A stretch of DNA of 64,000 bases from Bacteroidales bacterium UBA4788 (lineage in GTDB: Bacteria; Bacteroidota; Bacteroidia; Bacteroidales; VadinHA17): assembly GCA_002402965.1 (NCBI GenBank), contig DHGW01000070.1, positions 19,380 to 83,379 of the forward strand. The letters are read 5' to 3'. The notes beneath the pieces are model-generated. The model saw nothing but the letters and a program-made list of their open reading frames with translations. It had not been told where the DNA came from and made no database searches. How positions within the stretch are numbered: the first letter of the stretch is position 1; each line of letters opens with the position of its first letter. Made by a program: the position numbers and the translations under genes. Shown in pieces: positions 1-8,778 of this stretch.

Positions 1-1206
1 GACAGGTACACGGCCAGAGACATCGCATCAAACTACCTCGCTTCCGTTGATCAGAATGCGGTGCTGCTAACCTACGGAGACAATGACTCATTCCCGCTCT
101 GGTACATCCAGGACGTGGAAGGATACCGGACCGATGTCCGTGTTGCCAACCTCAGTTACCTGCAGAGCGGGTTCTACATCGAGACCATGAGCCGCAAGGC
201 TTTTGAATCAGATGCGCTGCCATTCACCCTCCCTCCTGAAAAGTATATTGAAGGAGAGCGTGTGCAACTGCCCGTTGAGGAGATGATCAAGGAACCTACT
301 TCGATTCGCAAGGTAATGGAGTTCGCCGGTTCGGATGACCCGAAGGCGAAGGTCGATCTGTCAGGACGTGGCGATTTCTTCAATTTCATACCGGTGAAGG
401 AGTTCGTTGTTGACGTCGATTCGGCGCACGTTATTGCAACCGGAGCTGTCAGGCCATATCATGCCGACAGGATACTGAAGCCCATGATATGGAAGTTCAG
501 CAACTCCATGGCAATCAAGGACGATCTTGCGGTGATGGACTTTATTGCCGGCAACAACTGGAACCGTCCGCTTTATTATTCGGTAACGGTTCCTGCCTCA
601 ACCTACATAGGTCTTGAAGAGTTCTACATCCTCGAGGGGATGGCTTACCGTGTCAGTCCCGTAAGGATTGACCCGCCCGTTCCGGGCGAGACGGGAATGG
701 TTGACACCCGCGAGATGTATGAAAACATGATGAACCACTTCCGCTGGGGCAACGCAGAAAAGGAGGGCGTCTACCTGGATGAAAACAACCGGCGCATGAT
801 TGACGTCTTCAGGCGTCAGTTCGCCAAGCTGGCAAAGGCGCTGGTTGCAGAGGGTGACACGGTAAGGGCGATTGCGGCAGTGGAGAAGGGTCTGGCCATT
901 GTGCCACCTGAAAAGATGCCCTATGACTACTTCAGCATTGACCTGGGAGAAGCTCTGGCCATGGCCGGGGAAAAAGAGGAGGCTGAAAAGCTCCTTCGCG
1001 GGATAGTTGACAATTCACTCGCTTCACTGAGTTTTATCGCCGCACTGCCCGACGAGAAGTCGTACGGGCTGGATTTCAACGCTTCAGTCTCACTCCAGGC
1101 GCTGCTTGACATATACAGGATGGCATCGAGGTTCGGAATGACGGAGCTCTCTGACAAAGCCTCTTCCGAGCTTAACCGGTTTTACGGGGAGGTGCCGGTG
1201 AGATGA
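1..1206 (+). CDS. C-terminal part of a large DUF2723-type membrane protein (glycosyltransferase-like); 5' end lies outside the window
   Basis: Frame 1 is open from nt 1 up to the tracked ORF at 61. The motif YGDNDSFPLWYIQDVEGYRTDVRVANLSYL is typical of Bacteroidota DUF2723 proteins. The tail is helical and TPR-like. Confidence 0.6.
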   Translation, partial: DRYTARDIASNYLASVDQNAVLLTYGDNDSFPLWYIQDVEGYRTDVRVANLSYLQSGFYIETMSRKAFESDALPFTLPPEKYIEGERVQLPVEEMIKEPTSIRKVMEFAGSDDPKAKVDLSGRGDFFNFIPVKEFVVDVDSAHVIATGAVRPYHADRILKPMIWKFSNSMAIKDDLAVMDFIAGNNWNRPLYYSVTVPASTYIGLEEFYILEGMAYRVSPVRIDPPVPGETGMVDTREMYENMMNHFRWGNAEKEGVYLDENNRRMIDVFRRQFAKLAKALVAEGDTVRAIAAVEKGLAIVPPEKMPYDYFSIDLGEALAMAGEKEEAEKLLRGIVDNSLASLSFIAALPDEKSYGLDFNASVSLQALLDIYRMASRFGMTELSDKASSELNRFYGEVPVR

Positions 1207-1829
1207 TGAGGAACTACCGCAGACCTTTCCCTGCAGCTGTCATCTACCCTGATGCAGTGTACACAATCAGTGGTGGAGGCAAGAAGCTCTATCTGACCTT
1301 TGACGATGGTCCTGATCCGGAGTCCACACCGCTTATCCTTGATATACTCAGATCTCATGATGTCAAAGCCACCTTCTTCTGCACCGGGAGCAGGGTGCTG
1401 GCCTCGCCCGGCCTTTTTGCCAGGATGGCGGCCAGTGGCCACACCATCGGTAATCACGGGTTCAGCCACCTCAACGGACTTACAACTCCGGTACGGACCT
1501 ACTGTGCGGATGTACTCAGGGGGAGGAATATCACCTGCAGCAATCTCTTCAGGCCGCCATACGGCAGGCTGCGTGTCAGACAGTACAGAATACTCGAAAG
1601 GACCATGCAGATAGTGTTCTGGGATATAATGCCTTACGACTTTGATCAGGGGCTGACGTCAGAGGAATCCTATGACATTCTCATGAAGAGGATCAGGCCC
1701 GGTTCGGTAATAGTGCTTCATGACAAGGCAACCAGCAGTGCCCTGCAGTACCTAGACCGGTTCCTGCAGAAGGCGCTTGCCGCAGGCTGGTCATTCGGCC
1801 CAGTGGATGATTATGCCCTGCGGGGATGA
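1203..1829 (+). CDS. Polysaccharide deacetylase (NodB homology domain, CE4-like)
   Basis: Contains the LTFDDGPD motif, HDVKATFF and GNHGFSH metal-binding His motifs. Its start overlaps the upstream stop in ATGA. Confidence 0.85.
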   Translation: MMRNYRRPFPAAVIYPDAVYTISGGGKKLYLTFDDGPDPESTPLILDILRSHDVKATFFCTGSRVLASPGLFARMAASGHTIGNHGFSHLNGLTTPVRTYCADVLRGRNITCSNLFRPPYGRLRVRQYRILERTMQIVFWDIMPYDFDQGLTSEESYDILMKRIRPGSVIVLHDKATSSALQYLDRFLQKALAAGWSFGPVDDYALRG

Positions 1830-1878
1830 GTTTTCTCATCCTAAATACTATTTTTGAGAGGGGAAAGAAACCTGTATT

Positions 1879-3162
1879 ATGAATATCCTGATTCTCGGTT
1901 CCGGAGGACGCGAACACGCAATCACCTGGAAACTGGCACAGAGCGCCAGGCAGCTTAGTCTCTTTGTAGCACCCGGCAATCCTGGCACCTCATCACTGGC
2001 TGTGAATTTACGTGTTGACCCCCTTGATTTCCAGGGAGTGCGTGCAGCAATAGTCGCCAATAATATCAATATGGTGGTTGTCGGCCCGGAGACACCTCTG
2101 GCAGAGGGAATTGCCGATTTCATTGAAAATGACCCGGCTCTTTCGGGTGTTGCTGTCATTGGTCCGTGCCGTGACGGCGCGATGTTGGAGGGAAGCAAGG
2201 ATTTTGCCAAGGCATTCATGATGAGGCACAGTATCCCCACGGCTGCTTACGCTACCTTCACCCCTGACACTGTTGATGATGCGATCAGGTTCATGAGTGG
2301 TCTGAAGCCTCCTTATGTGCTCAAGGCTGACGGGCTTGCAGCAGGGAAAGGTGTGCTGATAATCAATGACTTCGACGAAGCAGTAACCGAGCTGAGGGCT
2401 ATGCTCGGAGGGCGGTTAGGGGCAGCCGGCAGCAAGGTGGTCATAGAGGAGTATCTGACGGGAATAGAGATGTCAGCCTTCGTTATCACTGATGGCATAT
2501 CCTACCGGGTATTGCCGGAGGCGAAGGATTACAAACGCATTGGCGAAGGCGACACAGGGAAAAACACCGGAGGGATGGGGGCCGTCTCGCCGGTACCGTT
2601 TGCCAAACCCTCCTTCCTGGCAAAGGTGGAGGATAGTATAATCAGACCTACGGTGGAGGGGCTCAGGGCTGAAGGGATAGATTACCGGGGTTTTATCTTC
2701 TTCGGTCTGATGAATGTCAACGGTGATCCTTTTGTGATTGAATACAATGCACGGCTGGGTGATCCTGAGAGTGAGGTGATCCTTCCGCGTATTGGCAGTG
2801 ACCTCTATGAGCTGCTCGACGGCGTCGCACGCCGTGATCTGGCAAGCCGCAACCTTGTCATCTCTCAGGAAACGGCAGTGACAGTGATGATGGTTTCAGG
2901 CGGTTACCCGGACAGTTATGGCAAGGGCTTTGCCATAACAGGCACGGAAAAGGCCGGGGAGAGCATCCTCTTTCATTCAGGCACGGGAACTGCTGACGGA
3001 CATCTTGTGACTTCGGGAGGGAGGGTGCTGGCGGTGACTTCAAAGGGAAAGACGATGGAAGAAGCACTGGCAAAGAGCTACTCCTCGATCAGGGAGATCT
3101 CCTTCAACGGGATGAATTACCGCAGAGATATAGGGTTTGACCTGAAAAACTATAAGGAATGA
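1879..3162 (+). CDS. purD: Phosphoribosylamine--glycine ligase (GAR synthetase)
   Basis: Full-length 427 aa. MNILILGSGGREHAITWKL N-terminus, ATP-grasp core, EYNARLGDPE motif. Confidence 0.95.
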   Translation: MNILILGSGGREHAITWKLAQSARQLSLFVAPGNPGTSSLAVNLRVDPLDFQGVRAAIVANNINMVVVGPETPLAEGIADFIENDPALSGVAVIGPCRDGAMLEGSKDFAKAFMMRHSIPTAAYATFTPDTVDDAIRFMSGLKPPYVLKADGLAAGKGVLIINDFDEAVTELRAMLGGRLGAAGSKVVIEEYLTGIEMSAFVITDGISYRVLPEAKDYKRIGEGDTGKNTGGMGAVSPVPFAKPSFLAKVEDSIIRPTVEGLRAEGIDYRGFIFFGLMNVNGDPFVIEYNARLGDPESEVILPRIGSDLYELLDGVARRDLASRNLVISQETAVTVMMVSGGYPDSYGKGFAITGTEKAGESILFHSGTGTADGHLVTSGGRVLAVTSKGKTMEEALAKSYSSIREISFNGMNYRRDIGFDLKNYKE

Positions 3163-4145
3163 TCAGGTTATTCAGGGGATCGGGAGCCGGACCGGTGCTT
3201 CTGCTTTTGCTGGCAGCCCTGGCGTTGTGGCTGGAGTTTTTTATTTCACCTCCTCAAACAGGGCTTGCAGCTGAAAGTCTTCCGATGCCTCTGTGGGGTC
3301 TCATCACCGATACTCTGTCAGGCTCACCCCTCATTGCAGTCATCGTCTCGTTTGTGTTTGTACTGGGCGTAGCCATTTTGATGGTCAGGTTTAACACTTC
3401 AAGCTTCTTCATCCCCCGCCGCACATTTTTACCTGCGCTGCTTTACATAATCCTTTACTCGGTTTTTCCAGGCCAGATGATTCTCAATCCGGCACTTCCG
3501 GCCTCACTGCTTACACTGGCTGGCCTCTGGCGGATGATATCCTCTTACCGGGTTAACGGCATGACGTTCAAGTTTTTTGATGCTGCCTTGCTGATCTCCT
3601 CGGCGGGTCTCTTCTATGCCGGATCGGTATGGTTTATACTGCTGGTGTTCATCGGAGCCATGGTCCTGCGCAGCCCTGATGCCCGGGAACTGACCCTGGC
3701 AGTAATTGGGACCATGTTTCCCTGGATTGTGATGTATGCCGTATGGTACGTTACCGGAGGGTCTCCGGGAGAGCTTTCAGAGATCATTCGTCACAATCTC
3801 TTTGACCAGGTGCCATCTGTTTACTGGAGCCGGACACTGGTTATTCTCCTTATCATTGTCGGGCTGAATTTACTGCCAACATTGCTTTACCTTTTCAGGG
3901 AGATGCCAACATATAAGATCAGGTCACGGAAGACCTTCGAACTCTTTATATGGATGCTGGTTATCAGTGCCGCAGTGTTTCTCTTCGTACCTGCCGTATC
4001 GGCTGAAATGGCGGCTTTGACTGCGTTACCGGTATCTTTTATAATGGCCAATCATATGGTCTTTACCCGGCGCGTGATCGTGTCTGAAATCCTTTTCTGG
4101 ATAATGGTGATAATGCTGGTTGTTTCGCGTCTCTGGCCCTACTGA
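3159..4145 (+). CDS. Polytopic inner-membrane protein of unknown function
   Basis: 328 aa with about 8 hydrophobic helices. ATGA overlap with the purD stop. No catalytic motif recognised. Confidence 0.7.
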   Translation: MIRLFRGSGAGPVLLLLLAALALWLEFFISPPQTGLAAESLPMPLWGLITDTLSGSPLIAVIVSFVFVLGVAILMVRFNTSSFFIPRRTFLPALLYIILYSVFPGQMILNPALPASLLTLAGLWRMISSYRVNGMTFKFFDAALLISSAGLFYAGSVWFILLVFIGAMVLRSPDARELTLAVIGTMFPWIVMYAVWYVTGGSPGELSEIIRHNLFDQVPSVYWSRTLVILLIIVGLNLLPTLLYLFREMPTYKIRSRKTFELFIWMLVISAAVFLFVPAVSAEMAALTALPVSFIMANHMVFTRRVIVSEILFWIMVIMLVVSRLWPY

Positions 4146-4586
4146 TCACCTGATCATACTGACCACTCCTACGCCGGAACCCTGTTCGCCGTCGATGAAA
4201 TCATACCAGATGGTATATAAGCCTGTCTTGTTGCAGACGAAGTCAATTGTGTTGTATTTTTTGCCTGTACTGCTGTTGTACGAGGAAATGAGCTCCTTTC
4301 CCTGGTCATAAATGGTGACGGCAAGTTCTCCACCTGATCCGGGGGCGTTGCATACAGAGAACCTGTATTTCATGTTCTTCATCAGGTACATGTTGGCTTT
4401 GTATACAGGTGCGGTGCCATTGGAGGACATTTTGGGCAGCTGAATACGGAAATCTTTCAGGTAGGTAGTATTTTCACCGGCTGAATGAACACAGCTGCTT
4501 ACCAGTTCTTCTGTTGCAGGCTGACTTTCTGCCACCAGGGGCAGGATTATCAGAGCCAGGGAGAGAATGAAAAACCTGCTTTTCAT
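4146..4586 (-). CDS. Small secreted protein of unknown function (last gene of the ABC operon)
   Basis: Signal peptide MKSRFFILSLALIILPLVAES. The 146-aa sequence looks beta-rich. Its start is 1 nt downstream of the preceding stop. Confidence 0.6.
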   Translation of the reverse strand: MKSRFFILSLALIILPLVAESQPATEELVSSCVHSAGENTTYLKDFRIQLPKMSSNGTAPVYKANMYLMKNMKYRFSVCNAPGSGGELAVTIYDQGKELISSYNSSTGKKYNTIDFVCNKTGLYTIWYDFIDGEQGSGVGVVSMIR

Positions 4587-4587
4587 C

Positions 4588-5505
4588 TTAAAGGCCGGAT
4601 ATTAGTTTGTTTCTTACTTCTTTTGACATCTCTGCAATCTCAGCAAGCTGGCTGTCGGACATTTCCACTATGCTTTCCTCGTGCTGTACCAGCACCAGCC
4701 GGCCATCCTCTTCTATCGTCTCCGGTTCGCCAAGCCTGTAAGAGACTTTTACATCAGTATACTTATTGCTTATCCCTTCCATCATGCCAAGGATCGATTG
4801 ATACTCCCGGCTGGTGGAGCGGTAGGGACGGAGGAGCATCAGCAGGTCACCCAGGATTATCTTCTGTTCGCCTATGCGGTCTCTCAGGATCTCATCCTGA
4901 TGGCTCATCGCCACCTGGGTTGCAAGGTATTGGCCCTCAACCCAAACCCCTGCGATCATCAGGGCAGAGATTGACCCACGGTTGTTCTCCCGAAGGTAAT
5001 TATCTATCTGGTTATAGGAGTTGACCGAGAGAAAAAGGAGCGAATCGAGATTTGATTTGCTTACGGATAGCCGCTTCAGTGTTTCAAAGTCGAAGTACTG
5101 TCCAACCCGTAATCCGTCTGCCAGTCTCTTGATGGTAGAGAGCACGTCAACGGAATTGCCGGTTTTCTCATAAATGTTGAGATATCCCAGGTCTGCACCG
5201 TAAATGCCGAGCATCACAGCCTTCTGGAAGTTGGTGGTAAGCCTGTCGGCCTCATGAGTGGGCGCCAGGTATCCGGCTGAGAAAGGTACCTGCATCGACT
5301 GAAGGATTGATGCTATCTCAACAGGTGATGCTATATTCTGCACGATGTCGGCCAGAGCCTCGTCACTCAGTTTTTCAGCTTCTCCGGCCGGCACTGAATC
5401 AGCTACAGGAAAGCTTAAACCGCCCTGGCGCGTACCGCTGTTTCTGCAAGAGCAGACCCCTAACAGCAGAATCACTGCTGCGATCTTTGTTATTGTCCCT
5501 GTCAT
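4588..5505 (-). CDS. Lipoprotein of unknown function, sequence looks helical
   Basis: Lipobox in MTGTITKIAAVILLLGVCSC when started at 5505. The longest ORF starts at 5547 and overlaps the ABC gene stop in ATGA. No family recognised. Confidence 0.65.
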   Translation of the reverse strand: MTGTITKIAAVILLLGVCSCRNSGTRQGGLSFPVADSVPAGEAEKLSDEALADIVQNIASPVEIASILQSMQVPFSAGYLAPTHEADRLTTNFQKAVMLGIYGADLGYLNIYEKTGNSVDVLSTIKRLADGLRVGQYFDFETLKRLSVSKSNLDSLLFLSVNSYNQIDNYLRENNRGSISALMIAGVWVEGQYLATQVAMSHQDEILRDRIGEQKIILGDLLMLLRPYRSTSREYQSILGMMEGISNKYTDVKVSYRLGEPETIEEDGRLVLVQHEESIVEMSDSQLAEIAEMSKEVRNKLISGL

Positions 5506-5543
5506 CGGGCGTTTGTATTGATATACAAATTTAAAAATACTGG

Positions 5544-8500
5544 TCATTTCTGGTTTGCTCTCCGCTGTTTGCCAAACCTGGTACGTTCAAAAAACATTAC
5601 AAGACGCCTCAGCGCCTCTGTGTAAAGAATTATGTACAGTGCGATGACTGAGGAGAGAACCAGCAGGATATTAAACCGGAAAGTGTCAACCTTAAGGCCC
5701 CTGAATCTCTTTACCGGTGCCATGAAATGGGTACGGAATCCGAGCGCACCCGATGTCGACGGCTCCAGGTAAATAAGGTCCGCATTCTGGATCAGCCTGT
5801 CTCTGAACTCAAGCATCTTGTTTTTCTCGTATACCTTCCTGACAATGTCTTCAAGTTTGTCATTATGGTAGTTATTATATAACAGATCCAGGGCCATTTT
5901 ATTGCTGCTTACATAATTATCAAGGTTCATATCTGCAAGATGGCTCAGTCTCCTGTACTCACCGTCAACCCTGTTGAGCCAGAGTGACAGCCTCTCTGCG
6001 AGATCAGCGGTGAAAAGTGCGGGATTAATGGAGTCAGTTCCGGTGAAGGGATCAATGACTTCCGAGGCGCTGAGGAAGGCTGTTTCGTTCCTGAGCAGGC
6101 GCATCTCACTCTCCTCAGGGTAGATCTTCCCATCCGTTTTGAGTTTTCCCGTCACGTTCTTCAGGGCCTCTGTAACCCTGGGTATACGGTATATGTTGTT
6201 GAAGTCGGAGATGCTCATCTGCTGTTTCAGGGGGTAGATTCTCCTTCCGTACTCGTTTCCGGTGAATTGTCTGACCATCAGTGCTTCATAGGTCCACCTT
6301 GTTGGCATCAGCTCCGCAATAACAGGTACCATGTCGGCCCTGGCAAGCTTTCTGTTGAGTTTGTCGAAGGGGAACATGGCTCCGCTGAGTATCATCATCG
6401 GGATCATCAGCAGGGGTATGACGATGTAGATGGCAATTGCCGAGTTCAGCGCGGAAGATATGTTCAGGCCGATCATGTTGGCGCATAAGGCGGTGGTGAA
6501 GAGGGCAAGCCAGTAGGAGAAGAAGAGACCCCTGATGCCAAGGATGGGATTGGCCACTGCCAGGAAGAGAAACGTCTGGAGCGCTGAGATGAATGCCAGG
6601 ATAAGAATCTTGCTGACCAGGTAGCTGCTGCGGCTCAGGTTGAGAAAATGCTCCCTCCTCAGCATCTTCCGGTCGCGGAAGATCTCCTCTGCACTGATGG
6701 TGAGACCGAGAAAAAGGGCTACGATGATACTCATGAAGATGTATACCGGGATATTCTCATTCTCCCGGAAGATGTAGATGTCCGATGAGGGATCCGCGAT
6801 GTACCTGATGATATATGAAAGAATGAGTCCCAGGACCGGTCCTTCAAGAAGGGTCAGAAGCAGATATTGCCTGTTGGCCAGCTTGCTTTTCGCATCACGC
6901 ATCATGAAGATCATGGTCTGCCTGAACCATCCGGGCTTGCGGAGGGTGGACCAGGGTGCTGAGGACTCCTCCCTGACCTCCCCGGGAGGGATGGTCTTCC
7001 TGAAAGCCTCTGCCCACTCAGCAGGAGAGACCTTCCTGCGGTCTGTGTATTTGCCGAACTCATCAACTATCTTTGTCTCCAGGATATTGAAGAGTGTCTC
7101 CGGATTAACAGTACCGCATGAGGGGCACTCGGCCACCCCGCTGTTGATATGGGCTTCAAGTGTCTTAAAGTGAACTATGGAATCAAGAGGGTTCCCATAA
7201 AAGACAAGATGTCCGGCAAGATCAAGCACCAGCACCTTGTCAAAGCCCTTGAATATCCCGGATGATGGCTGATGGATGACTGTGATGACCAGTTTTCCCT
7301 TGCCAGTCAGTTCATGCAGCAGTTCCATCACGTTTTCAGAGTCACCCGATGACAGACCTGATGTAGGTTCGTCAAGGAAGAGCACGGAGGGTTCCCGTAT
7401 CAGTTCCAGTGCAATATTCAGCCTTTTTCTCTGCCCGCCGCTGATGACCTTGTTGAGCGGTGATCCCACCCGGGAATGCCTCTTCTCGTAAAGTCCGAGA
7501 TTATGCAGAGTACGGTTTACCACCTCAGTTATCTCTGCATGACTCTTGCCTGCAAAGCAGAGAGAGGCTGCATAAAAGAGGTTCTCGAACACTGTCAGTT
7601 CCTCGACGAGAAAATCATCCTGGGGTACATATCCCACAACGCCGTCGAGCTTTCCGTCACCGGAGCGGATAGAGATGCCATTGATTCTTACTTCTCCGGA
7701 TTGTGGAATCAAAAGTCCTGTCAGAAGGTTCAGGAGAGTAGTTTTTCCTGATCCGCTGGCTCCCATGATCCCGATCAGCATGCCCTCGCCGGCGGCGAAG
7801 CTTACACTGCTGATAGCGGGTAAACCGTCGGGAAAGGTGTAGCAGATCCTGTCAGCCACTAAAGAAATCGGGTGGATTTCACTTCCGGAGGCGAAGCGTG
7901 ATGTGATGTCACTGTAATAAATGGTAGGTGCGGGAGGCGCCTGCACTGAGTTCCCCGGTGCGAAGAGATACACTTTACGACATAACAGGGGCATGCCGTT
8001 GAGGAGTGTAGTGCCCCCGCAGAAGCACTTCAGAAAATAGAGGCTGACACTATCCACCTTCAGGAAAACCACGAAGCTGCCGCATGTCCCTTCACTCTCC
8101 CCGGATGTGCCGGTGTCGATAACAATCATCGCAGGATCTGAAAATCCCTCCCTGTTCTCCTCTCTGACGAACTGCATTATGCTTCCGAATTCCTCCCGGG
8201 AGATCCCGAATACCTCGGCGATTGTATTGATGATGTTCATCCGCTGAGGGGTGTACTGCTTGTCGGAATCGATCAGCTCGAAGCAGCGCATGAGCACTAT
8301 GACTCTCTGCTCCTGGGTCAGGGTCTTGTTGATCTTTTTGCAGTTGTTGAGAATCTTGATTGAATCTCTTACTGAAGCGGTCTCCGATATACCTGCTTTG
8401 CCTTTTTCCTGAAGCGGACCGGCATTTTCCAGGAAGAGGTGCATGAATTCATCGGCGCTCTGATGCGGAAGCTGCTTGGTGAGAAAGGCTGCCACGAAAT

Positions 8501-8585
8501 CACGTTCGCTTTGCAACATACCGCCGTCCTGCTTGACGATCAGGGCGAACAACTCCATCATGGCCCGCAGGATCTCTTCACTCAT
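5544..8585 (-). CDS. ABCG/ABC-2-type transporter (NBD + TMD fused) with an N-terminal TerB-like module and a C-terminal extension
   Basis: Walker A GASGSGKT, signature ISGGQRKR, Walker B VLFLDEPTSGLS, H-loop VIHQPS, then about 6 TM helices. The N-terminal ~150 aa are helical (MELFALIVKQDGGMLQSERDFV). The C-terminal ~210-aa extension ends in an extra TM. Confidence 0.9.
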   Translation of the reverse strand: MSEEILRAMMELFALIVKQDGGMLQSERDFVAAFLTKQLPHQSADEFMHLFLENAGPLQEKGKAGISETASVRDSIKILNNCKKINKTLTQEQRVIVLMRCFELIDSDKQYTPQRMNIINTIAEVFGISREEFGSIMQFVREENREGFSDPAMIVIDTGTSGESEGTCGSFVVFLKVDSVSLYFLKCFCGGTTLLNGMPLLCRKVYLFAPGNSVQAPPAPTIYYSDITSRFASGSEIHPISLVADRICYTFPDGLPAISSVSFAAGEGMLIGIMGASGSGKTTLLNLLTGLLIPQSGEVRINGISIRSGDGKLDGVVGYVPQDDFLVEELTVFENLFYAASLCFAGKSHAEITEVVNRTLHNLGLYEKRHSRVGSPLNKVISGGQRKRLNIALELIREPSVLFLDEPTSGLSSGDSENVMELLHELTGKGKLVITVIHQPSSGIFKGFDKVLVLDLAGHLVFYGNPLDSIVHFKTLEAHINSGVAECPSCGTVNPETLFNILETKIVDEFGKYTDRRKVSPAEWAEAFRKTIPPGEVREESSAPWSTLRKPGWFRQTMIFMMRDAKSKLANRQYLLLTLLEGPVLGLILSYIIRYIADPSSDIYIFRENENIPVYIFMSIIVALFLGLTISAEEIFRDRKMLRREHFLNLSRSSYLVSKILILAFISALQTFLFLAVANPILGIRGLFFSYWLALFTTALCANMIGLNISSALNSAIAIYIVIPLLMIPMMILSGAMFPFDKLNRKLARADMVPVIAELMPTRWTYEALMVRQFTGNEYGRRIYPLKQQMSISDFNNIYRIPRVTEALKNVTGKLKTDGKIYPEESEMRLLRNETAFLSASEVIDPFTGTDSINPALFTADLAERLSLWLNRVDGEYRRLSHLADMNLDNYVSSNKMALDLLYNNYHNDKLEDIVRKVYEKNKMLEFRDRLIQNADLIYLEPSTSGALGFRTHFMAPVKRFRGLKVDTFRFNILLVLSSVIALYIILYTEALRRLVMFFERTRFGKQRRANQK

Positions 8586-8698
8586 GTCTCAGGATCAGGT
8601 TTATCAAGTATAGCTGCCAAGTTAGTGAAAAATGGTAGACAATTTGATCTAAAATGTGGACTAATCGTATATGACGGATATCCTTAATTTTTAATGCT

Positions 8699-8706
8699 TA
8701 ACTTTA
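8699..8706 (+). promoter_or_regulatory. Candidate Bacteroidota -7 promoter box (TAACTTTA) for the pectin PUL
   Basis: Near match to TAnnTTTG, about 73 nt upstream of the SusC ATG at 8779, in the divergent intergenic region. Confidence 0.35.
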
Positions 8707-8778
8707 TAACCATGCACCCCTTTGCACCTGAAAAAACGAGTCTTAAAAAATATTTTTCAAACCCTAATCAACTTGTCT

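Noticed and set aside
8722-8778. N-terminal extensions of tracked ORFs (8722, 13808, 15562, 22865, 24968, 33560, 34849, 49347, 54877, 56142, 57889, 60052)
   Set aside because: Internal ATGs give canonical signal peptides, lipoboxes or family-typical N-termini and remove overlaps with neighbours. The longer forms are artefacts of longest-ORF calling.
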